Positions 24,601-36,437 of a stretch of 64,000 nt of DNA are shown in pieces. The notes under the pieces were generated by a model, which saw only the letters and a list, made by a program, of their open reading frames with translations, searched no databases and was not told where the DNA came from. The translations under genes were made by a program, and so were the position numbers. The stretch's first letter is position 1, and each line of letters opens with the position of its first letter. Source of the DNA: Phoronis australis (taxonomy: Eukaryota; Animalia; Phoronida); the NCBI GenBank assembly GCA_002633005.1, contig NMRA01000554.1, positions 186,001 through 250,000 of the forward strand, in the 5' to 3' direction.

Positions 24601-27600
24601 ACCATACTTTTTGGCCTTCTCTCACAAACTTTTTCAGCCTTATTACTTGGTCTCCTTGGACTTTGGTGAGTATGCAATTGTGAAGTTACATAAATGATTC
24701 AGCCTTTGCTCTCACTGCATAAACACAATGACCAACACAGACTGTGTTCAAATTTCACAGATACCACTTAGCAATTCTGCTTACATTTGTTTTTCCTCCT
24801 CTTCCTTTGACTTGGCCTCATTGGCTACCTGCTGTTTGGCCCAGTTTTCTTGCTCCTGGTCTCGCCGTTGAGCCTCGTTCTCGATCTCGCTGAAGTTTGT
24901 CTTCACTTTTTGAGCGCCCAGCCCTCCCTTTTTGGCACCAAACTATGTCGAAAGTGTTAGAATGCAATCAAAGATAAAGTATGTGGTTTACAAGGTAGAA
25001 TAAACTTGAGGAAAAAATTCTGTCAAGTCGGGCACTATGCTCAATTATAATATAACAAATATAAGCAAACACCCCAATAGTTCATAATTCTAAACAATTT
25101 CATTTCTCATCACCATATGCAGTTCTCCATGGACAGCAACAGGAACATATTCCAATGCTGGTAATGACTAAAAGATCATGATAACCTTCATGTTAGCAAA
25201 TAATGTCTCACATTGTAGTAAGATTATTGGTTCAACTACAATTACTGTCAAGTTTAGCCTAATAAGTATGAAAGAAAGTCGAACACAATCACTAAAAGTT
25301 CTTGCAGTCAAAATTGTTTTTTCAGAGTTGAAAATCCACGTACCCCTTTCTTTGCCGATGGTGGCTTTCGTCCACCGATTGTGGACTTGCGTGGTTCCGC
25401 CACAATCTGTGAGGGGGATGTACTCAAAACATGCTCCACCTTCGGTCCATGATTTGGATAATCTGCGATAAACACCGAGGTCAAACCAGGTAAACGCACA
25501 AGGGAAAAGTGTATGCGATAAATCCAAGCAAATTGTGAAGATTGCAAGAAAATTAAATAATACACGCTAACCTGGAAAGCAAGATGATTCAAGATCAGGA
25601 TATGCAAAATTCAGGGCACGTAAAATTTTCTCTCAAAGGGGCACCTGACTTGCATCTGATATTATTTCAATGCAGGTAAAGTAAATACATCTGGGAAGAG
25701 GCTTAAGTTACAGGATAATAAGCAAAGTGGATGTTCGTCTTACTTCCCTGACTTCATGGTGATAACCTGCTCCTGTGGACCAGGAATTTTTCTGGGACTT
25801 GTATGGCTTCATGCTAGCTTTCCATGTCAACGGTGACAGACCTTTTACAAGCTTATGTAAAAACTCAGTTGGGAGATGTGCAAGTGGTCTATTGTTAACC
25901 ACCGTCAATTAGTTTCACTTGTCATCAAATAACTTTTTAACTGTCCATTGTAAACATAAACAAGAGTTCTATTTCAATCCGCAACGACTGGAATTCAACC
26001 AAAAGTCTTCAAATGTCACATTACCTTTTACAATTACGAGAAAAGTGTCATGCCTTGCTTTAAACATGAATTTGTAAAACTCCTAAACTGCAGAGTACTT
26101 TACATTTCAGCCAATATTCTTATGGACAATATGTGAGACCATGCTTGACAGCCAATATTTTTTAAAAAATCCCAGGTCTTCATTTGCGACCCATCGGCAA
26201 ACTTTCAAACATTGACCATATAATAACTACAAAACCTCTTGGAAATTCCAAGAGGTTTTGCCCATGTCATAAATCTGAGATAAGCATAGGATTTGTTTTC
26301 TCACAAGAACCATAAAAACGATCTTTTTTGCTGAAAAACTGGATGTGTCTAAAACTTTCAACTACACGACGCAACTTTTGTAAAAACGCGCTTGCTAATA
26401 GGTTTATTTTAAGCTTAACAATTGTAAAATGCATTCAGCTTTCGTAGCAAATATTCAAGTTAGAATCTAATAAATGGTCTTTCAAATTGTAATATTAAAA
26501 CTCAAAAAATATTAATAAATAACAGTCAGCAAGGCTTTCATGCACATGAGCACTGAATTGACCTTGAGACAGCAAAGCTTGATAGTCTTGCTGCATTTCT
26601 TGAGTTCGGGCTTGTCTTTGTTTGAATAAACGTGGATATGGAATTTGCCGCTGCAGATGAGTTTGCATGTCCTTCTGACTGGGAGTACGTACAGTTGCAA
26701 CACCCGATTTGTCAGTCATAACCTTGTCACCTTCTCAGAATTTCGGTATTGTTTGATTGGTGCGTGTTTGGTTGTTTTAGTGTTTTGCAGATGATAAAAT
26801 GTAAGGTGTATGGATTTCTACTTTCCACAAGTTTGTGATTTGCCCATGTAAAAAATTACGTACTCGATGTTATTAACCAGTCATGTCTTAACACATTCTA
26901 GGTCATGCGAGAAAACACTATTCTGCATCCTCACAACTTTCCAAAAACAAGAACGAATCAGTATTTAACAGTCCACTTACGGTCAGCACCATTATTAACA
27001 GCACTGCTTGACGTCTTAACAGTGTTTTTCTCCTCCTCTGGGATGGAGGTCTGCCGGCTAAACAAGGCGGCATCAGAATGCTCCTTGAAGAAGTCCACCT
27101 CTTTAGTGGTAGGTGATGCCTCGTGAACATGGCCTGGGGCATCTACATGGAGCTAAGGGGGAAGAGAGCACATGAGACTTGTGTGATATACTCATATTGT
27201 CACCACTCATTTAAAATTTTGCTCAATTTTCTCTTTGGCTCAATTCATTCTAGCTGCATTGCACTTCATCTTCATCTAACAGGAGATACCAAAAACTAGA
27301 TGCAATAGCTTTGAACAAAAGATTGTTCATTCTAGTTACTGCAATTCTGCAAGTACCTGATGTTCCAGTATACCAGAGCATATAGGCAAGGACTTTACAA
27401 GACAAATATCCATTTTAATTAACAACACCCCAGAGCATCAGACAGTATATGAATCCAACTTCAACTGGTTACTTGCTGCATACACTCATCAAGTTCGATT
27501 CGTGCCTATTACACACTACCCTTCACACACATACCTTAGAACCGTACTGTCGCTGAGTGCGCAGAGCTAATGAATGCAGCTTCTCTTTGTACATTGCTGC

Positions 27601-30600
27601 TGCCTTACTATGGTACTTCTCCTGGGCACCGCTGGTGGTGCAGCCGTGCTGACGGAAGAATGCTGTCTGAAAAAGGCAGACACAAAAACTCACACTTTTT
27701 CACAACAAAAGGAAGCATGACAGAATTTCAATCTAAAGGTATGCATTTTCAGAAACCCATAGCCAGTGAACCTATTATACTTGGGTGAGCCAGTATCACA
27801 ACAATGGTGCTACGTCGATTTCAAAAGTTTACAATTTCAGCCAATCCCTAATTGAAATTTACAGTGACAAATGTGCCATCAGGGCCCTCGTTCACATGCC
27901 TGTGCCTTCTGAGAGCAAAATTTCTTGGGCAAGGGGTAAATTCCCCCTCCCCCCGTCACCACCAATAACACCCCCAAACCCCAGTCGCCACCCCTCATCG
28001 GCTTTTGTTAACTAACCAAAAGTAATGTTTTGTGTCGTTTCAAATCATTGCCTACATGGGTTACAAGTGAATCTAACCTTGTGGGGAATTTTGTTATCAC
28101 TTAAGGAGAATATTTTAATCACTTAAAGGTACTTTTTGGACTTGACGAGAGAAATTTCGTGCCATTTTTAATATTTTTTCAGAGGGTAATGGGGCCGATA
28201 TTTAGCCCCAAAATCAAGGGATTGAAGGTCCTGGCAATTCAGAAAAGAGAAGACGGGGACAAAGAAAATCAACACGGTAAAAAAACACTAGATGGCCTGA
28301 TCACCGTCTATTCAGCCAGCATATTTAATACCAAATTATGTAGCCCATGATTTTGACATAGTCCACAACTTCCAAACAGCTTTGGCCTTATTGCATAATC
28401 ATGTTTTGTAGGAAAAAAGTCTGATGACTAAGCAAAATGCTTGCTGTGTTTTATTTCAGTTTAACTTGATGAATTAAAACAAGTGTCTAAGGTCCCAGTG
28501 GGAGTGGAAACTGTAGGATCCACAAAAAAAGAAATGCTGAAGTTCACTCTTCCATTTACAAGAACAAGATGGCATCAGGGAAACCTTCAGCAACTATATA
28601 TACCCAACAGGTGCATTTGACGTGCAAAATACCATTCCATCACAAAAAAACTACCTGAACTGTTGTTCTCACCCCCAAAGCCTTAAATATCATTAAAAAT
28701 AATTAAGTGACGATAATGCTACATAATTTGCATATTCATTTCCAACCTCTTTACTTACTGCGTTGGCGTTGCCACCCATCTGCATGGCCCGCAGCTGAGG
28801 CCAAGTCCAGTTAGTGTCCAGCTGTGTTGACCGGATGAATGTCAAGTGGACACCGAGTGACCGGTGCATGGCCGAGCAGTCGATACAGAGGAAGACTCCG
28901 TAAGTTACACTGGCCCATGTAGGGTTTAAGGCACCACAATCGAAACATGACTACAAAACAAGATAGTAAAGTATATATATGAGATGGGGATGGATGACAA
29001 CTACTGCAGTACTGTGGCAAGATAAGTCAATCTGTTCATGGAGACTTGCTCATGGTATGGTCCGTCTCGGGCTTGCTGGTCCATTATCAGCGTTCTCTTT
29101 TAAATAAGTTGTTTATATACGCTTTAAGGGAACGATGACTGTAAACCGAACTGAAAATGGTGAAAACACAACCGCTGGACAGTGAAGTGGTTGACCAAAG
29201 GATTAGCGTAGTTCGGGATATCAGGCTTACCTGTCCATCATCGGTCAACTGCAGAGCGTTAACACAGAACAGAGAGTGCGCTTGGAAAACGCTTAAAAAT
29301 GACACTTTGTAAAAAATTTATTGTTCAATTACCACTTTAATCAAAGACAAAACTACATACACTGAACAAAAAGAAAATGTTAAATTTAAGACACCTTACA
29401 GATATTTAGGCATTAAAAACAACCGAAACTCTCTATTTAGCTAGATTTTTTGTTCAAGTTGATTCAGTTTGTTGCACATCCACTGAAGGCCGAGTAAGCC
29501 ACATCTTTGGATACACCGACACAACTAGATCAAGACAGCACAGAACTTCTTTGCATATCACTGCAACCAGTATCTGTTCCAGTTCCAGTTTGTCATGCCT
29601 ATTCGTAACTTTGGAGCAGAGAACGAATGCAGAAAATTTTCTTAAAAACAATAACGAAAGACCGATTCCGACTGAGATAGATGAAAGCACTGTCAAATGA
29701 AGAGAAAAGATGCCTTCTATTTCAGTATCTGTTCACACCTATGCTATATGTAGCAACATCTAATGCTGATTAAATGCACTGGTGAATGCTTCAGTCTTTG
29801 GAAGCCAAAACTTTCAGGTAATTTATTTTTTGATCTTTGGATGCTGAGAATGAGGTGGATATGAAAGGATAGAAGTTCATTCCTTGGCAAAAGAGTCTTT
29901 CATCTGTTTATATATGCAGCCACCAGGTCTTTATGCTTTACAGCAGGTGGCTAGAGCTGGGAGTCAGTGCCACACATATTAACGCAAAAAATTAATAATG
30001 GAACAGCCCGTTGGTCACCCAAACTTGTTCCAGCTTAGAGAACTCCAAAACGTTACTTCGGAACTGCGCTTGACACCTGTTGACAAGAGCGTCAGGTATC
30101 ACAACCCATGCCTTCCACTGTTGCCATGCCAACTGGTTGTCATCTTTCACAGACTCGCGCATTTATTTAGCCTCAAGTGTCACAAGACACCGTGAAGAAC
30201 TAGCAGTCTGGTTGTAAGGCAGGTGCAGCCATCAAATCATCTATGCGATTTTCAAGGACCAACAAACACCAATCTATTAAAACCAGAATTGTGTAATGTT
30301 AAGAGTTCAATCTGAACCAATGTAAGAGTGAGTCAATCTGTGAGCAGCTGATCAAACCACATCGTGATTATGAATGAATGACTGGCTCACCAGCACAGCA
30401 CAGCTTGGGCAGCAGAAGCAGATTATCAACCTTTAAGAATTTCTCTGTAATGCAAAACTTTCTTTGCATTAGAAGAATTTCACGGTATCGGAAGAATTTC
30501 ACTGTACTAGGAGAATTTCACTGGCTTGAGAATGTATAAGAAGGCTTTCAAACAGTTTTAGGCAAAAAAGAAGGGGAAAAGAAGGACAAATTTTCAAAAA

Positions 30601-33600
30601 ATGAAGGAAGAAAGTACGAACTGTGAAGTGAAAAGTAGGAACAAGAACAGGCGTTCAGGAGTAGTTTTCATCGATATTTACCAATGATGTTCACCTCATG
30701 TCAGTTGGATAACCAGCAGGTCTTCATTCACCCTTTTGAGTGCAAAAGGTTTGATTGCGCAATTCTATTGTACATCACCCATCATTGAAGGAAATGGGTG
30801 TCTTAAGTTGCACAGGGCTTAGGTCCCTGGGGGGGACCCAAAAATCCATTTAACTAAAATTTCAAGTGCAACATCCGCTTCAAGTTTATTTCATTCAAAT
30901 CGACACTCAAATTAAAATGATACGACATAAGATGTGGAAGTGCCTGGGGTTACTAATATGCTTACTAATCAAAACAACCGATTAAAGATTTATTTAAACA
31001 TTTAAGTGCATCAAAAAAATTAATTAAAGGCCAATCAACAATTTCTTTAAACTTTTAAGTGCAGCAAAATTTTTTTCTAAAAGTTTAGTAACTCTGGACA
31101 CCACAGCCACACTCAGCTTCCGACTGGATTTTTTCTGGGGTCAGCAGATAAGATGGGGGTGTTTGGACCACAAGGGATAATAAGACCTGCAAAAATGAAC
31201 TTGTATAAAAGAGGAAATAAGACAATTTTGATTACTACTATGGATACAACATATTATTTCAAATAAACAAAAACACATCAGAAGATATGACCAATTTACT
31301 CTCAAATACAACAAAAATGAATCAGAAACTAAGTTAAGATAACCAAAAATGACTACTCACTACTCTAAAAACATAACTTAGACAGAAATTTTAGAGCAGT
31401 GAGAAAAAAGTAGCAAAAGGTAGGAAAAATTAGGAATTTCAGAAAAAAATAGAAGTAGGAACAGGTCATAAAGTTTACAAAAGCAGGAACGCTTGAAACG
31501 CCGACATAAGTCTCTCAATCAGGAGAAAATGCTATTAATTTTTGTCATTCCTGCAAACTTTGATTTGGTCAATAGTGAATTAGGGTAGACAGTGGCCACC
31601 GTCCTACTGGCACTGCTAGTAGGACGGTGGAGCTCCTACAGGTGATTCATACACCCGGAAATTTTTCGACGAATAATGCCAGGCACTGACTAAAACATCA
31701 AAGTCACATTGTTATAAATACCTATGCCCATAGAGGTTCACCTTGGAATGTCGTTGATGTACTTAATTCCTTCTGACTTGAACAAATACTCCCGTTATCG
31801 AACTTTTTCTTCGAGCAGACCCTCGTTTAGTTTCCAAAATCGGTAACTCACCATTTTTAACACTGCGCCCGACACGTGGCATGACGTATGTATCCCCTAG
31901 CGTGTGCAGTGTGAAAATGGTGAGTTAACGATTTTGGGAACTGAACGAGGGACTGCTCGAAGAAAAAGTTTGATAACGGGAGTATTTATTTGAGCTGGAA
32001 GGAATTAAATACATCGACGGCCTCCTAAGGTGTTCCTCTGTGTGCAAAAGGTATTTCTAACGTGATTTTGATGTTTTAGTCAGTGCGAGGCATAATTCGC
32101 CCAAAAAGCTTCCGGCGCATGAAGTGCCTATAGGAGCTCCATCATCTCTGCTGGCTGTGCCAGCAGCATTGTCTAGAATTTGGGTTAAAAAGGATATTTT
32201 AAAAATGTTCTGGAAGGTTGATTGTATGGCATTGTTTACCATCTACTATATGGCTCTTGATTTACAGTACTGCCAGGTTTGTCATGCACAAGAGCTGAAA
32301 AGAGGTGATCAGTCAGTCATTTCGCGAATTGACCCAGTCAATTAACTANNNNNNNNNNNNNNNNNNNNNNNNNNNNNNNNNNNNNNNNNNNNNNNNNNNN
32401 NNNNNNNNNNNNNNNNNNNNNNNNNNNNNNNNNNNNNNNNNNNNNNNNNNNNNNNNNNNNNNNNNNNNNNNNNNNNNNNNNNNNNNNNNNNNNNNNNNNN
32501 NNNNNNNNNNNNNNNNNNNNNNNNNNNNNNNNNNNNNNNNNNNNNNNNNNNNNNNNNNNNNNNNNNNNNNNNNNNNNNNNNNNNNNNNNNNNNNNNNNNN
32601 NNNNNNNNNNNNNNNNNNNNNNNNNNNNNNNNNNNNNNNNNNNNNNNNNNNNNNNNNNNNNNNNNNNNNNNNNNNNNNNNNNNNNNNNNNNNNNNNNNNN
32701 NNNNNNNNNNNNNNNNNNNNNNNNNNNNNNNNNNNNNNNNNNNNNNNNNNNNNNNNNNNNNNNNNNNNNNNNNNNNNNNNNNNNNNNNNNNNNNNNNNNN
32801 NNNNNNNNNNNNNNNNNNNNNNNNNNNNNNNNNNNNNNNNNNNNNNNNNNNNNNNNNNNNNNNNNNNNNNNNNNNNNNNNNNNNNNNNNNNNNNNNNNNN
32901 NNNNNNNNNNNNNNNNNNNNNNNNNNNNNNNNNNNNNNNNNNNNNNNNNNNNNNNNNNNNNNNNNNNNNNNNNNNNNNNNNNNNNNNNNNNNNNNNNNNN
33001 NNNNNNNNNNNNNNNNNNNNNNNNNNNNNNNNNNNNNNNNNNNNNNNNNNNNNNNNNNNNNNNNNNNNNNNNNNNNNNNNNNNNNNNNNNNNNNNNNNNN
33101 NNNNNNNNNNNNNNNNNNNNNNNNNNNNNNNNNNNNNNNNNNNNNNNNNNNNNNNNNNNNNNNNNNNCTATTAAAACCAGAATTCTGTAATGTTAAGAGT
33201 TCAATCTGAACCAATGTAAGAGTGAGTCAATCTGTGAGCAGCTGATCAAACCACATCGTGATTATGAATGAATGACTGGCTCACCAGCACAGCACAGCTT
33301 GGGCAGCAGAAGCAGATTATCAACCTTTAAGAATTTCTCTGTAATGCAAAACTTTCTTTGCATTAGAAGAATTCCACGGTATCGGAAGAATTTCACTGTA
33401 CTAGGAGAATTTCACTGGCTTGAGAATGTATAAGCAGGCTTTCAAACAGTTTTAGGCAAAAAAGAAGGGGAAAAGAAGGACAAATTTTCAAAAAAGTAGG
33501 AAGAAAGTAGGAACTGTGAAGTGAAAAGTAGGAACAAGAACAGGCGTTCAGGAGTAGTTTTCATTGATATTTATCAATGATGTTCACCTCATGCCACAGA

Positions 33601-36169
33601 CAGTACTAACCATCAGTTGGATAACCAGCAGGTCTTCATTCACCCTTTTGAGTGCAAAAGGTTTGATTGCGCAATTCTATTGTACATCACCCACCATTGA
33701 AGGAAATGGGCGTCTTAAGCTGCACAGGGCTTAGGTCCTGGGGGGGGGGGGTCCAACAGAGAATACGACCCAAAAATCCATTTAATTAAAATTTCGAGTG
33801 CAACATCCGCTTCAAGTTTATTTCATTCAAATCGACACTCAAATTAAAATGATACGACATAAGATGTGAAAGTGCCTGGGGTTACTAATTATATGCTTAC
33901 TAATCAAAACAACCGATTAAAGATTCATTAAACATTTAAGTGCATCAAAAAAATTTTATCCATAAGATTATTAATTAAAGGCCAATCAACAATTTCTTTA
34001 AGTGCAGCAATTTTTTTTTCTAAAAGTTTAGTAACTCTGGACACCACAGCCGCACTCAGCTTCCGACTGGATTTTTCCTGGGGTCAGCAAATAAGATGGG
34101 GGTGTTTGGACCACAAGGGATAATAAGACCCCCAAAAATGAACTTGTATAAAAGAGGAAATAAGACAATTTTGATTACTACTATGGATATAACATGTTAT
34201 TTCAAATAAACAAAAACACATCAGAAGATATGACCAATTTACTCTCAAATACAACAAAAATGAATCAGAAACTAAGTTAAGATAACCAAAAATGTCTACT
34301 CACTACTCTAAAAACATAACTTAGACAGAAATTTTAGAGCAGTGAGAAAAAAGTAGCAAAAGGTAGGAAAAATTAGGAATTTCAGAAAAAAAAAATAGAA
34401 GTAGGCACACGCCATAAAGTTTACAAAAGCAGGAACGCTTGAAACGCCGACACGTGGCATGACGTATGTATCCCCTAGCATGTGCAGTGTGAAAATGGTG
34501 AGTTAACGATTTTGGGAACTGAACGAGGGACTACTCGAAGAAAAAGTTTGATAACGGGAGTATTTATTTGAGCTGGAAGGAATTAAATACATCGACCGCC
34601 TCCTAAGGTGTTCCTCTGTGTGCAAAAGGTACTTCTAACGTGATTTTGATGTTTTAGTCAGTGCGAGGCATAATTCGCCCAAAAAGCTTCCGGCGCATGA
34701 AGTGCCTATAGGAGCTCCATCATCTCTGCTGGCTCTGCCAGCAGCATTGTCTAGAATTTGGGTTAAAAAGGATACTTTAAAAATGTTCTGGAAGGTTGAT
34801 TGTATGGCATTGTTTACCATCTACTATATGGCTGTTGATTTACAGTACTGCCAGGTTTGTCATGCACAAGAGCTGAAAAGAGGTGATCAGTCAGTCATTT
34901 AGCGAATTGACCCAGTCAATTAACTACAGTCAAGTGACCTAATTATCGGACGTTTTGGCACATTTTGCATTATATTTAATTGAAAATACTACGGATTGTT
35001 GTAAATTCTTTGGTGAAATAAAGACTTACCTTCACGGAATTGTTCTGTTACTATATTTTGTCACTGAAAGCCACATTTATGTTCCGACTGATCTTTAAAA
35101 AACACAACAAGCAAACCTTCAGAGAACCTAAATATCGGACACCATGTTTCCCCATATGCCACACTGCTGAAAACTGACTAACAACGTAATGGCCGCGGGC
35201 ACCTTGTAGTCAAATTTCAGCTCGCGTGTTTTGACATATATGCTGCTAGAACACAGGTCCATTCACAACAAAATTATCCATAAAATGAAATCTGATGACG
35301 ACGCCAAGTCGTTTCGATGAATTAGTGCAGACGACTAAAGCACGTGCAAAGTCACTGCAGTTTTTGGCTTCTTGATATGACACCCGTACGTGCGCGGTCG
35401 GGGTTTGATTTGAGTTTAAAAACAAATGAAAAAATGGAACAGTGACATATTGTCAGTTCAATGAGATGGTTTCGTTGTGGAAAAAGATTTTATTTTCAAC
35501 TTTATAACCGATTTATGTGATCGTCCATTTTAGGCCGACTGGGGGGGTCTCAATTGCACCCTCTCGGAGAAATCAAAACGAGGCAACGCTGTAAAAAAAA
35601 CGAGACGGTGCCGGACACTGACTGCATTACAACGGAACAAAAACTGGTGTCATTTAATTCTCAGATTATGCTTCAAGTAAGATTCTATGAAATGTCCAAT
35701 ATTTAGGTTCCATCCAATAATTAGGTTCACTATGTGTAGGCGACCAGGTCAATTTTAAATTACCGTGGCCAATCCTATTCAGTTCTATTTTTTGGCACAC
35801 TTGAATATCCCCGATTGATTGTATATTTCTTCGCATGGATAGCTTGTCAAATTCCTTCCCCAACTGATCCAGACCAAGATAACTTTTTTCTCCTTCCCAA
35901 TCAGAAAAATTTACACTACATACAGAAACTTGAGAACCTGCTTCGGCCGCTTGGCTGTGCCTGTGATGTGAAAGATCACTTGAGTTGAGAAGCCGGATGG
36001 ACATATTGTATCAAAGTTTTGTGTGATTTACTTCACTAACTTCATATCAATCTGATTTTTTCATGAGAGTAAAGCTTCTTGGACAATCTGAACTTACCTT
36101 ATTTTGGCCAAATGTGCGTAAACGCTTAAAAATTGCTTGAATATCAGACTTATTTGGCACATCCCCCAT
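21630..36169 (-). CDS. ARFGAP2: ADP-ribosylation factor GTPase-activating protein 2/3 (Glo3-type ArfGAP), spliced; final short exon not located
   Basis: Minus-strand exons 36169-36098 ([18 protein letters not shown]), 28950-28759 ([40 protein letters not shown], the C4 ArfGAP zinc finger with catalytic Arg), 27666-27535, 27152-26981, 25462-25344, 24942-24785 ([10 protein letters not shown]), 24196-24068 (MERLGMG), 23555-23382 (VSHS), 22965-22828, 22266-22146 ([15 protein letters not shown]), 21833-21630 (SISSADYFG). Total 1611 nt in frame. Likely co-ortholog of vertebrate ARFGAP2 and ARFGAP3. Confidence 0.93.
31586..32176. mobile_element. Palindromic (foldback) element with subterminal hairpin; partial copies at 3558-3821 and about 34447-34755
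   Basis: The two halves are diverged reverse complements around about 31880. One arm recurs in CCT2 intron 1. Confidence 0.65.
32349..33167. other. Assembly gap (N run)
   Basis: Continuous Ns. Confidence 0.99.
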
Positions 36170-36437
36170 TATTTCTTTCCGAGTGATGACGTTATAATGT
36201 CACGTGATATATGTGCCGAGGAAATCATCGAGTGACAAAATGATTGGTTAGTTTTCTTTTGTCAGGTCTCAAAGACTGAAGAAACAACAACTCATCTCAT
36301 CCAATATAGTTCTCATTTTGAGCCTCCTATCCACGAATAAAAGAAAATAAATGGTCCAAATGATGCTAATAGTTTTTAAAAACAACTCCTAACTGGTTAT
36401 TTGATTAAACTAGATAACCTACAAAAAACCCACAAAA
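36170..36437. promoter_or_regulatory. Bidirectional promoter shared by ARFGAP2/3 and AMN1
   Basis: Only 268 bp between divergent ATGs. Contains TGATGACGT (36184), GTCACGTGAT E-box (36199), reverse CCAAT (TGATTGG, 36241), CCAAT (36301), and AAAATGGCGG (YY1-like) over the AMN1 ATG. Confidence 0.7.

Larger units (their letters stand above)
30274..34926. repeat. Near-identical duplication (30274-32348 vs 33168-34926) flanking an N gap
   Basis: Sequence left of the gap (32349-33167) recurs right of it with allelic-level differences. Confidence 0.85.

Noticed and set aside
25744-25791. Extra ARFGAP exon ending at a GTAAGA donor
   Set aside because: Candidate acceptors give a frameshift or an in-frame stop, and there is no homology support.
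32305-33214. 289 and 290 aa ORFs
   Set aside because: They consist of the N gap.
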